Assembly (NCBI GenBank): GCA_002269645.1
Contig: NIVC01001914.1
Span: forward strand, 158,287-222,286
From: Macrostomum lignano
Lineage: Eukaryota
Direction of reading: 5' to 3'
Length of the DNA stretch: 64,000 nt
Below are positions 50,190-61,325 of this stretch, piece by piece. The translations under genes and the position numbers were made by a program. The notes under the pieces are model-generated. The model was not told the origin of the DNA. It saw only the letters and a list, made by a program, of their open reading frames with translations, and did not search any database. Within the stretch, counting starts at the first letter, position 1; each line of letters opens with the position of its first letter.

Positions 50190-51354
50190 ATGTTCTGTGC
50201 GTCGAATCTGAAGTCTTGGCTTTGAATGGAGCTTTAGACCGCAGAAGATGCAGGCTTCAATCAATTCGAAAGATGAAATGTATATATCAACTTGGAACAC
50301 AATGCAGAGTATTTGATTTAATTATATTGGCGGCAGTGTGTTGTTGGCTTTTGAAAGCTTAACTTGAAAGCTTTTGGCAGGTGACAACTTCAATTGTCTT
50401 TAATTTATTTGACATGACTGAAAAAGGTAGCTAACAATGCTGCCTGTCATCTGTCAAGTGCCACACGTCACAACTAATCAAGGTTTTGGGTTCTTGCTTT
50501 TATATCGCAAATACGTATTGTGTCTCTTACGTCGGCAAGCTGTCATTTTTCGGAATAGAAAACAATTAATTTCTATAAATTAAAAAAATATATAAAACAT
50601 GCATTGGTCTTTTTTTACTGTCCTGACTTCGGATTCTGTAAAACTAAAGGCAAAAGATCGCTGTATGTAATAAAAGAAAGTGCAGTAGCGTGATCATAAT
50701 TAAACAGTCCCAGTTTATTATAAAAATTAATTATACACGTACATCTGAGCTCGCTGAGGTCATTAGCTTGGCCTCAGACATGTACATGTATAGCAGAACT
50801 ACAGGTTCATTGTTTGGTAAACGCCAACAACTAGATCAAATTATGTTTAATTTTACGAGCTACCTTTTTACATACATTTTGGTCATGCCTTCGTACATCA
50901 GCCATGTGTGGAGATGATGGTATCTCTTTAACTTTCTCATCGATAGGCATGTTGTTGGAGGTTGGCTCTCACGAGTTCCAAATGGATCTCGACAATTCCC
51001 AAGTCTCAAATTAGCGATGGTCGCTCACGATCATCCAACTGAGGTACATGTACATTGTATACATGTACATGCACATGCAGGTACTTTAGAGCCAGGCTCG
51101 GACGCGTTCCCACCCTATAGCGTCCGACTAATTACATGTAATACAAAACCAAACTCTCGTTGATTTAGTATACTCAGCATTCTTAGCTTAGAAATAACAA
51201 TTAGATTCATCAGTACGCAGTAGTGTTTGAAGTGCCATTTCTGATAGTAGATTATTTAGTAATTAGGCTCAAGCTAATTAATTAGTTTTCAACTGTCAGC
51301 AACAACCCCGAGGTTTTATGATAACATATTGATTTTTGATTTTGATAAGCATTC

Positions 51355-51752
51355 AGGCTTGGTCGCAGAGCTTCTGCAGCTATTGAAACTCGCTCAGGCT
51401 AAAGGGCTTTCGCGCTGAATCCATAGCATGCATGTAGCATGTCGCCTTCCAGACTTGAGCCAGCATTGGAATTGAATGCGCGAGATTTAAGCATCCGAAA
51501 AAAGACCGTAGAGTAAGAAAAAAATTTTGGACTCAGATCTACAAAGTCTTTGCCGTTTTTATCAAAAGTGCCGATGCGCGGAATTGCGTTTCCGACCGTC
51601 AAGTTGATCAATGAGGAAGCCAGATCTCCTCCCGAGCTACCAACCAATTCAAAGTATGACTCTTTAGCACCCGTTAGTGACAACAGCACAATGAGCCATG
51701 AGCAACATTTCAATGTCTCAGAGACTGCACCTTCTCGATACATATCGTGCAA
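51355..51752 (-). pseudogene. Decayed paralog of the LamG-like exon of the neighbouring gene
   Basis: LEGDMLHACYGFSAKAL, +1 frameshift in TTT, then SLSEFQ*LQKLCDQA aligns to LNGEMACFGLSAKLLSLEDFDQLSQICNE (12 of 22 identities over the AC..C block). Confidence 0.55.
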
Positions 51753-52284
51753 CGTATTTTATTCAATATCTATCGTCACTTTGAAATAAATTAAAGCAAA
51801 ATTTAATCAACAATTAATTTAATAGTTTAAAATTGAAAACACAAATTTATATTGTAATAAAAGAAACTCTTATTTATTAAAACAACAACAGCCTACTATC
51901 AGTAGGAAGCAAAATGAATTAGCATAGCTTGATATAACGTTTGCGAATGTAAAAATCTATTCTCAGATTAATTGTTTGTTGACTCAAAACCGTTAAAATA
52001 GTTTGTAACTAAAAACAACAGAGAGTAAAAAACAAAAAATATGCTAAGGGGGCCTACAAGAAAAAGTTTGTTAAAACGGAGCAAATATCATGGCTTTGAA
52101 AATTTTGAAATGGGCTGCAGTGGCGAGAAAGCAGATCACTGCAAACACTTAGAAAAAATATCAAGTTTCTTTGGAATTCACTGCTAACAGTGAGTGAAAA
52201 TCAACGACACAATTTTAATTAGGAATGCGCCTTGATGATCTATCGCTGCTTGCTGTTGGTGTAGTTGGGAATCTAAAGGCTGGC

Positions 52285-52855
52285 CCAGCAATTGAGCATC
52301 TGGGAGGCTGGTGACCCAGCAACTGAGGATTTGGGAGGCTGGTGGCCCAGCAACTGAGGATTTGGGAGGCTGGTGGCCCAGCAACTGAGGATTTGGGAGG
52401 CTGGTGGCCCAGCAACTGAGGATTTGGGAGGCTGGTGGCCCAGCAACTGAGGATTTGGGAGGCTGGTGGCCCAGCAACTGAGGATTTGGGAGGCTGGTGG
52501 CCCAGCAACTGAGGATCTGGGAGGCTGGTGACCCAGCAACTGAGGATCTGGGAGGCTGGTGGCCCAGCAACTGAGGATCTGGGAGGCTGTTGGCCCAGCA
52601 ACTGAGGATCTGGGAGGCTGGTGGCCCAGCAACTGAGGATCTGGGAGGCTGGTGGCCCAGCAACTGAGGATTTGGGAGGCTGGTGGCCCAGCAACTGAGG
52701 ATTTGGGAGGCTGGTGGCCCAGCAACTGAGGATCTGGGAGGCTGGTGGCCCAGCAACTGAGGATTTGGGAGGCTGGTGGCCCAGCAACTGAGGATCTGGG
52801 AGGCTGGTGACCCAGCAACTGAGGATCTGGGAGGCTGGTGACCCAGCAACTGAGA
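52285..52855. repeat. 31-bp minisatellite GGAGGCTGGTGGCCCAGCAACTGAGGAT(T/C)TG
   Basis: ~18 copies; reverse complement of the RSPRY1 intron-1 family. Confidence 0.96.
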
Positions 52856-53384
52856 CCCCGCAGAATGAATACCAAACAAAGGCTTAACAATTAAACCATC
52901 AATATTATCGTCAGTATCAAATTTCCATACTACACAAAAACTATATAATGGCGCTGGACAACAGACAACGAAAATTATTACTAAATAATGATTTCAACAG
53001 ACAATCCATTTAATGAATCATTTTTGATAAACAGGGATTTTCAAAATCAACAGGGCCTCCAAATATATAGGCAGACAGAAACGAAAATAAGAAAAAAAGA
53101 GGAAAAATGATTTTAGATACCGCTAGGCATGATGGCTTGAGTAAAACAAAAATAATATAAACTGTTCATTGTATCCATGTCAACAAAAAACGCAATCAAG
53201 AGAGTGACCAGTGCCAGCAATATGTATGGCGACTGGAAATGCTTTCTTTGTTGAAAAAAAGTATAAGCAATCACACAAGCTGGATTTGGTATTAGATGCG
53301 ATTTTAGTACATTTATATTTTCCGACAGCTCTACTAACAGTAGTGATTCAGACGGTGAGGAAATCTAAAATTTTTAAGAATTTA

Positions 53385-53850
53385 AAGGTCACGACCCTGA
53401 GAAGTCTGAGGTCACGACCCTGAGAAATCTAAGGTCATGACCCTGAGAAATCTAAGGTCACGACCCTGAGAAATCTAAGGTCACGACCCTGAGAAATCTG
53501 AGGTCATGACCCTAAGAAATCTGAGGTCACGACCCAGAGAAATCTGAGGTAACGACCCTAAAAAATCTGAGGTCACGACCCTGAGAAATATAAGGTCACG
53601 ATCCTAAGAAATCTGAGGTCACGACCCAGAGAAATCTGAGGTCACGACCCAGAGAAATCTGAGGTCACGAACATAAGAAATCTGAGTTTACGACCCTAAG
53701 AAATCTAAGGTCACGAGCCTAAGAAATCTCTGAGTTCACGACCCTAATAATCTGAGGTCATTGCCCGAAGAAAGCTGAGGTCACAACCTCAAAGAGCTGC
53801 GGTAACGACCGTAAAATCCAAGGTCATTACCGAAAATCTGGGGTCACGGC
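53385..53850. repeat. 23-bp minisatellite GAGAAATCT(G/A)AGGTCACGACCCT downstream of TTC39
   Basis: ~18 copies, degenerate to the right. Confidence 0.92.
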
Positions 53851-54029
53851 CTTAAAAACATAAAGAATTAGAGCATAAATAAGAATTAACATCTGAGATG
53901 GCGATCTCAAAAATCGGTAAAAAGAGACAATCTGACAAATCCGAGATGCATGATCCTCAAGTTAAAATGCCCCGGCCGTAAAAAAATCAATTCGATCGTG
54001 GTTACTCTGAGGCTTAAAAACACAAACAG

Positions 54030-57000
54030 CTACTTAGCGGTCGAGGGGGTCTCAGCCATAGACAGCGCCAGGGCGTGCGCCCGGAAGTGAATTCGAGATT
54101 CCAAGCTGATCCCGCGGCAAGACAGACAGGCATCAATGCAGGCGGAGGCCTCCGGCCGGCGACCCTCGTCCAGGCGCAGGTGGGCCAGCTCCAGCCAGGC
54201 CCAGGCGATCACGTGACGATCTTGCCGGATACGGCGGGCAAGGCGATCGTCGACGATTTCCTGATGGATGGTTGGGCAATTAACAAGGTGACCAGCGGGT
54301 TAACTGGCTGTTCTCTCTTTACCTGCTAACATGCAGGACAAGTCATTCATATCATTATCCACACCTGTCAATTATAACCTAGCTCGTAAACCCTGTCATT
54401 TTTCTACAAGCCAATCTTAAACGCACCGTAAGCCTGTCGATCATAAACCCGTAACTCTTACACCTGTCAATCATAACCCTAGCCCTACACCTTTCAATCA
54501 TAACCGTAGCCCTACACCTGTCAGTCATAACCCTAACCCTACACCTGTCACTCATAACCCTACACCTGTCAGTCATAACCCTAACCCTACATCTGTCAAT
54601 CATAACCCTAACCCTACACCTGTCAATCATAACCCTAACCCTACACCTCTCAATCTTAACCCTAACCCTACACCTGTCAATCATAACCCCAACCCTACAC
54701 CTGTCAATCATAACCCTAACCCTACATCTGTCAATCATAACCATTACCCTACACCTGTCAATCATTACCCTAACCCTACATCTGTCCATCATAACCCTAA
54801 CCCTACACCTGTCAATCATAACCCTAACCCTACACCTGTCAATCATAACCATTACCCTACACCTGTCAATCATTACCCTAACCCTACACCTGTCAATCAT
54901 AACCATTACCCTACACCTGTCAATCATTACCCTAACCCTACACCTGTCAATCATAACCATTACCCTACACCTGTCAATCATTACCCTAACCCTACATCTG
55001 TCAATCATAACCCTAGCCCTACACCTGTCAATCATAACCCTAACCCTACACTTGTCAGTCATAACCCTAACCCTACACTTGTCAGTCATAACCCTACACC
55101 TGTCAGTCATAACCCTACACCTGTCAGTCATAACCCTAACCCTACACCTGTCAATCATAACCCTAACCCTACATCTGTCAATCATAACCCTAACCCTACA
55201 CCTGTCAATTATACGCGAAATCCTACAAGAGTCAACCATAATCATAACTTTAAAATTACTCGCACTTGTCAATCAATCACACTCAACATAAATTGAAGCT
55301 GTACAACCTACACACCTGAAAGCACTTGTCGGCAGCCTCAGTCTGATTCAACTGTTTCAAACAGGCGCCTCGAAGCAGCAGAATCAGAGCGGCGTCATCG
55401 TCAGGATAGGGCCAGCTGCCACCAGCCTGCGCAGAGTCGCCCTGACCTGAGGTGACCCGGCCTCTGTCCAGCTGGTCGGAGGCCAAATCAACGGCCGCTA
55501 AAAACGAACGAACCACGTCAGGGCCTTCGCAACCAACTAAAGGGAAGCCGTTCCACACGTAGACCACCTCCAGGCCCGGCAGGGTGAGCCGGCCGCCCTG
55601 TTCGGCGAATCGGCGAGCCCGGCGCATGGCGAACTTTTCTATTGGCAAACTCTTGCCAGCGATGCGCTTGTATAGGCGGGGCACCTGAGCGGTGGTGGGG
55701 GTGAGTGACTGGTGTCAGTTGCGATTGACAGGCAATGAGTATTGATGACAATGTATAATGAATGACAGTTTTAGGATTATGATTGGCAGGTGTAGCGAGT
55801 GACTGGAATATTTGATTATGATTGACAGGCGTGGGGAATGGCATGCTGAAGATTATAATGATTGACAGGTGTGGGGAATGACATGCTGAAGATTATAATG
55901 ATTGACAGGTGTGGGGAATGGCATGTATACAGTAGATCCTTTTGATTGACAGGTGTGGGGAATGGCATGTATACAGTAGATCCTTTTGATTGACAGGTGT
56001 GGAGAATGGCATGTATACAGTAGTATCCTTTTGATTGACAGGTGTGGGGAATGGCATGTATACAGTAGATCCTTTTGATTGACAGGTGTGGAGAATGGCA
56101 TGTATACAGTAGTATCCTTTTGATTGACAGGTGTGGGGAATGGCATGCTGAAGATTATAATGATTGACAGGTGTGGGGAATGGCATGTATACAGTAGATC
56201 CTTTTGATTGACAGGTGTGGAGAATGGCATGTATACAGTAGTATCCTTTTGATTGACAGGTGTGGGGAATGGCATGCTGAAGATTATAATGATTGACAGG
56301 TGTGGGGAATGACATGCTGAGGATCCTATTGATTGACAGGTGTGGAGAATGGCATGCAGAGGATCATAATGATTGACAGATGTGGGGAATGGCATGCTGA
56401 GGATCCTATTGATTGACAGGTGTGGGGAATGGCATGCTGAGGATCCTATTGATTGACAGGTGTGGGGAATGGCATGCTGAGGATCCTATTGATTGACAGG
56501 TGTGGGGAATGGCATGCTGAGAATCATAATGATTGACAGGTGTGGGGAATGACATGCAGAGGGTCCTATTGATTGACAGGTGTGGGGAATGGCATGCTGA
56601 GGATCCTATTGATTGACAGGTGTGGGGAATGGCATGTTTAGGATTCTATTGACTGACAGGTGTGGAGAAAAGTATGCTCAGGGTTTAGGTTATGACAGAC
56701 ACGTGCTAGGAATGAAAAGCTCACACCTTGTCCATCAAACCGGCAACGTGGTCTTCATCGCCAGTCGCAGCCTTGGCGCCCTCATCTCCTGTCCCGGCGA
56801 CATTCTGGTATTGGTAAAGAAATGCCGCCTTCTGATAAACCAGCGTGGCCTTACTCCATCGGGACTCTTTGGCTAGTATCTCGGCGTATTTCATAGCCAA
56901 TAGCCAATCGGCTTTGTAAGCTTGAGTCCACATTAGCTCCCAGTAGCAGACAAGATGCAGTTGGATCCATTCGGTCTGGCTTTCAATGCTGCGCTCGAAT

Positions 57001-60000
57001 GCTTGGATAGCTCGGTGCGAGTTGCCGGATAGCAGCTGCTGACGGCCCTGAATTTGAGTTTGATAAATAATCAGAAACTTCAGGAGAATTTTTATAAGGA
57101 GGTCATTGACCTCCATAGAGAAAAAGCAAGATAAATCAGAATCCTATCCAACCAACAATATATGGGGCCATTGACCCCATCCCCAAATGAAAGCAAAGCA
57201 CCCTATTCAGAACTTTTGAAAGCGGTACATTAAATAGCGACAGGAGAGGCCATTAACTCCCAGCCTCTAAAAACAATCAGCCAATAAGGGTTTAAGAATC
57301 ATCGGGTGTCATTGACCCCACAAAAAACTAAGCGCTAATTAGAATATAATACCTTAACCTCAGAATCATGAGAGGGGTCATTGACCCCACAAAAATAAAG
57401 AGCCAATTAAAATCTGCTACTTAGACCTAGAATCATGAGGGGTCATTGACCCCCAAAAGAAACTAATAGCCAATTGGAATCTACTACTTACACCTAGAAT
57501 CATGAGGGGTCATTGACCCCCAAAAGAAACTAATAGCCAATTGGAATCTACTACTTACACCTAGAATCATGGAGAGGGGTCATTGACCCCCCCCCAACAA
57601 GAAATAAAGAGTCAATTAAAATCTATCACTTACCCCTAGAATCAGGGGGTTATTGACCCCCCACAAGAAATAAAGAGCCAATTAAAATCTGCTACTTAGA
57701 CGTAGAATCATGAGGGGTCATTGACCCCCTAAAAGAAACTAAGAGCCAATTGGAATCTACTACTTACACCTAGAATCATGGAGAGGGGTCATTGACCCCC
57801 CCCAACAAGAAATAAAGAGCCAATTAGAATCTAAGACTTACGCCTAGATTCATGCCGGAGGGGTCATTGACCCTCCGTGGAAGCTAAAGAGCAAATCCAC
57901 CGCTAGAAATGCCCTTATATACTCACCTGAAAGTACAGGAACATAGCCCCATCAGGGTGAGCAGCTAAGCAGGGCTCCAACAGCTGGTGGACAGCGGCTA
58001 AATCGCAGCCTCCGGCACCCAGGATATGAGCAAAGGTAGTGTGATAGACTAGCAGTATAATCCTGCCCAGGGGTGCCCGGACACTGCCGTCCAACTCGGT
58101 GGCCAGCCGAATCTGCTCGAGTCCGTATCGCCTGTCGCCGGAGAATCCAACGAACTCCAACAGTCTGAGCAATCGGGGCGGCAGCAGACTCAGCAGCAGA
58201 TTGAAAGCGCCTTCTCCAATTCTGGCGCCGCTTTCGAAATGCAAGCGCAGTTCGGCGTTCAACCAGCGGCGCTTGTGCAACAGGCGCCAGCACTCTTTGT
58301 AGGCTTTGTAGCACTCGCGAATCTTGATGCCGCCCTGAATTGGATTGTTGTGATGCGGTCTTTGTTCAGTCTAAGCCAGTCGCTGTACAGATAAACTCAG
58401 TCTTTGTTCAGCCTAATCTAGTCTGTACAGATAACTCAGTCTTTTTTCAGACTAATCTAGTCTGTACAGATAACTCAGTCTTTGTTTAGCCTAATCTAGT
58501 CTGTACAGATAACTCAGTCTTTGTTCAGCCTAATCTAGTCCGAACAGATAACTCAGTCTTTGTTCAGCCTAATCTAGTCCGAACAGATAACTCAGTCTTT
58601 GTTGAGCCTAATCTAGTCCGAACAGATAACTCAGTCTTTTTTCAGCCTAATCTAGTCTGTACAGATAACTCAGTCTTTGTTTAGCCTAATCTAGTCTGAA
58701 CAGATAACTCAGTCTTTGTTCAGCCTAATCTAGTCTGAACAGATAACTCAGTCTTTGTTCAGCCTAATCTAGTCCGAACAGATAACTCAGTCTTTTTTCA
58801 GCCTAATCTAGTCTGTACAGATAACTCAGTCTGTTTAGCCTAATCCAATCTCTGTACATATAGACTCTGTCTGTCTTTGTTCAGCGTGTTAACAGTCTGA
58901 TTGGTATTTTTCAACTCAAATCTGATCTTTGTTAACGTCGAACTCAGTCGATTTACAGTTTTTGTCTTTGTTTGCACAAAAATTTAATTGGACGTTTTTA
59001 TGATGAACTCTGGTCTTTGTGGTCTGAATTGTGGTCTTTTTCACAGTGAAATGTGGTCTTTCTTCACAGTGAAATGTGGTCTTTCTTCACAGTGAAATGT
59101 GGTCTTTGTTTACAGTGAAAAGTGGTCTTTGTTCACAGTGAAATGTGGTCTTTGTTTACAGTGAAATGTGGTCTTTGTTCACAGTGAAATGTGGTCTTTG
59201 TTCACAGTGAAATGTGGTGTTTGTTTACAGTGAAATCGATCTAGAGTCCATTTTTAAAAGATTTGTTTTATACGAGTGTATTCAAAACCATCAGGCAAAT
59301 TTACCTTGACAAAAGCAATAAAATTCTCGTCCTGAAGAAACGTGAGCACAGCTTTTTCTAATAACAACTCAGCGTAGCACAGCTCAGCGTGGCACTGCTC
59401 GTCAGTGAAATCGTTCGGCTGACGAGACGCTACGAAGCCTCGGCGTCGTAGCCGCTGAGAGACTTGCAGGCCCTGTTTAGTGGCGTCCAAAGCCTGCTGT
59501 ATGTTAGGGCGCTCCATAGTCATGGAGGCCTGCAGGTAGCAGATGGTGGCGTAGCCCAGGCTGTGGTACATGGATGTGGCCGACCTGGGTATTGTTGGTG
59601 TCATCAAATGTGTGACATTTTCTGTGCCTTATCTGACTACTGGATATCTATTAATGGCGTCATCGATATCTAATAATTGCGTCATCGATATCTAATAATA
59701 GTGTCATCGATATTTAATAATGACGTCATCGATATCTAATAATGGCGTCATCGATATCTAATAATGGCGTCATCGATATCTAATGATAGCGTCATCGATA
59801 TTTAATAATTACACCATCGATATCTAATAATAGCTTCATCGATATCTAATAATAGCGTCATCGATATCTAATAATAGCGTCATCGATATCTAACAATGGC
59901 GCCATCGATATCTAGTAATTGCGTCATCGATATCTAATAATAGTGTCATCGATATTTAATAATGACCTCATCGATATCTAATAATGGCGTCATCGATATC

Positions 60001-61325
60001 TAATAATAGCGTCATCGATATCTAATAATAGCGTCATCGATATTTAATAATTACGCCATTGATATCTCATAATAGCGTCATCGATATCTCATAATAGCGT
60101 CATCGATATCTAATGATAGCGTCATCGATATCTAATAATAGCGTCATCGATATCTAATAATAGCGTCATCGATATTTAATAATTACGCCATCGATATCTC
60201 ATAATAGCGTCATCGATATCTCATAATAGCGTCATCGATATCTAACAATGGCGCCATCGATATCTAGTAATTGCGTCATCGATATCTAATAATAGTGTCA
60301 TCGATATTTAATAATGACGTCATCGATATCTAATAATAGCGTCATCGATATCTAATAATAGCGTCATCGATATTTAACAATGGCGCCATCGATATCTAAT
60401 AATAGCGTCATCGATATCTAATAATAGCGTCATCGATATCTAATAATGGCGTCATCGATATCTAATAATGGCGTCATCGATATCTAGTAATGGCGTCATC
60501 GATATCTAATAATGGCGTCATCGATATCTAATAATAGCGTCATCGATATTTAATAATAACGCCATCGATATCTAATAATAGCGTCATCGATATCTAATAA
60601 TAGCGTCATCGATATCTAACAATGGCGTCACCGATATTTAATAATGGCGTCATCGATATCCAATAATGGCGTCATCGATATCTAATAATAGCGTCATCGA
60701 TATCTAACAATGGCGTCATCGATATTTAGTAATAACGCCATCGATATCTAACAATGGCGTCATCGGTATTTAATAATGGCGTCATCGATATCTAATATTG
60801 GCGCCATTTATAACCTAAAGTACATTTCAAGTGATTTAAAAACCAACTCACAGCGGTTCCATTACGGCCCTGGCCTTCTCAAACTGGTTACTAAGGAACA
60901 GGTCTAGAGCATTTTGAGCTTCGCCAATCGACTGGAGCAAGTCTGGCAAGTCAGCTGGTGGCGGCAAAGGAGGCTGTTGAGCGGCATCCCCTAGCAACTG
61001 AGAGGCTGATTCCTCTCGTTCCAAGGCCATTGCAGAATCAACACCATTTACACTGTGAAAAGAAAAATTAAATTAGTGCTGAGACATGCCTGCATACAGA
61101 ATTGATATTTTAAATAAAAACCTAATCACTTACACTGCATCTTGATCTTCAGCTTCATCATCAGATAGAAACTCAACAGCATCTTCAAATGCCTAAATTT
61201 TAAGTTATGTTAGCTTAGTGTCTTAACATGTTAAACAATTTATTTATTAAAAAAGTAGCAAGTAAAAAATGATAACTTACCTCTTCATCATTCATACTCT
61301 GAAGACTTTCTTTGTCCTTTTCCAT
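54030..61325 (-). CDS. TTC39: Tetratricopeptide repeat protein 39 (A/B type), ~637 aa; exons 61325-61281, 61192-61134, 61052-60852, 59584-59305, 58334-57927, 57047-56727, 55684-55316, 54260-54030
   Basis: ALDLFLSNQF; SMYHSLGYATI; HAELCYAELLLEKAVLTFLQDENFIAFVKGGIKIR; FNLLLSLLPPRLLRLLEFVGFSGDR; CYWELMW; ESRWSKA; RIAGKSLPIEKFA; SLESRIHFR. All seven GT-AG junctions keep frame (0,2,2,0,0,0,0). Confidence 0.95.
54420..55210. repeat. 27-bp minisatellite CATAACCCTAACCCTACACCTGTCAAT in TTC39 intron 7
   Basis: ~30 copies; each full unit contains the telomere-type tract TAACCCTAACCCTA. Confidence 0.96.
55750..56670. repeat. 40-43-bp minisatellite GATTGACAGGTGTGGGGAATGGCATG... in TTC39 intron 6
   Basis: ~20 copies in three variant types. 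Confidence 0.96.
57095..57880. repeat. ~62-72-bp tandem repeat with central palindrome GGGGTCA-T-TGACCCC in TTC39 intron 5
   Basis: ~11 units, degenerate toward 57100-57300. Confidence 0.9.
58360..58830. repeat. 39-bp minisatellite GTCTTTGTTCAGCCTAATCTAGTCTGTACAGATAACTCA in TTC39 intron 4
   Basis: ~12 copies. Confidence 0.95.
59035..59235. repeat. 23-bp minisatellite GTGGTCTTTGTTCACAGTGAAAT in TTC39 intron 4
   Basis: ~9 copies; shares GTCTTTGTTCA with the 39-bp array. Confidence 0.93.
59650..60810. repeat. 22-bp minisatellite GCGTCATCGATATCTAATAATA in TTC39 intron 3
   Basis: ~52 copies. Confidence 0.97.

Noticed and set aside
52184-56395. Repeat ORFs (SQILSCW.., CRVRVMID.., MPFPTPVN..)
   Set aside because: Translations of arrays; the real TTC39 exons splice around them.
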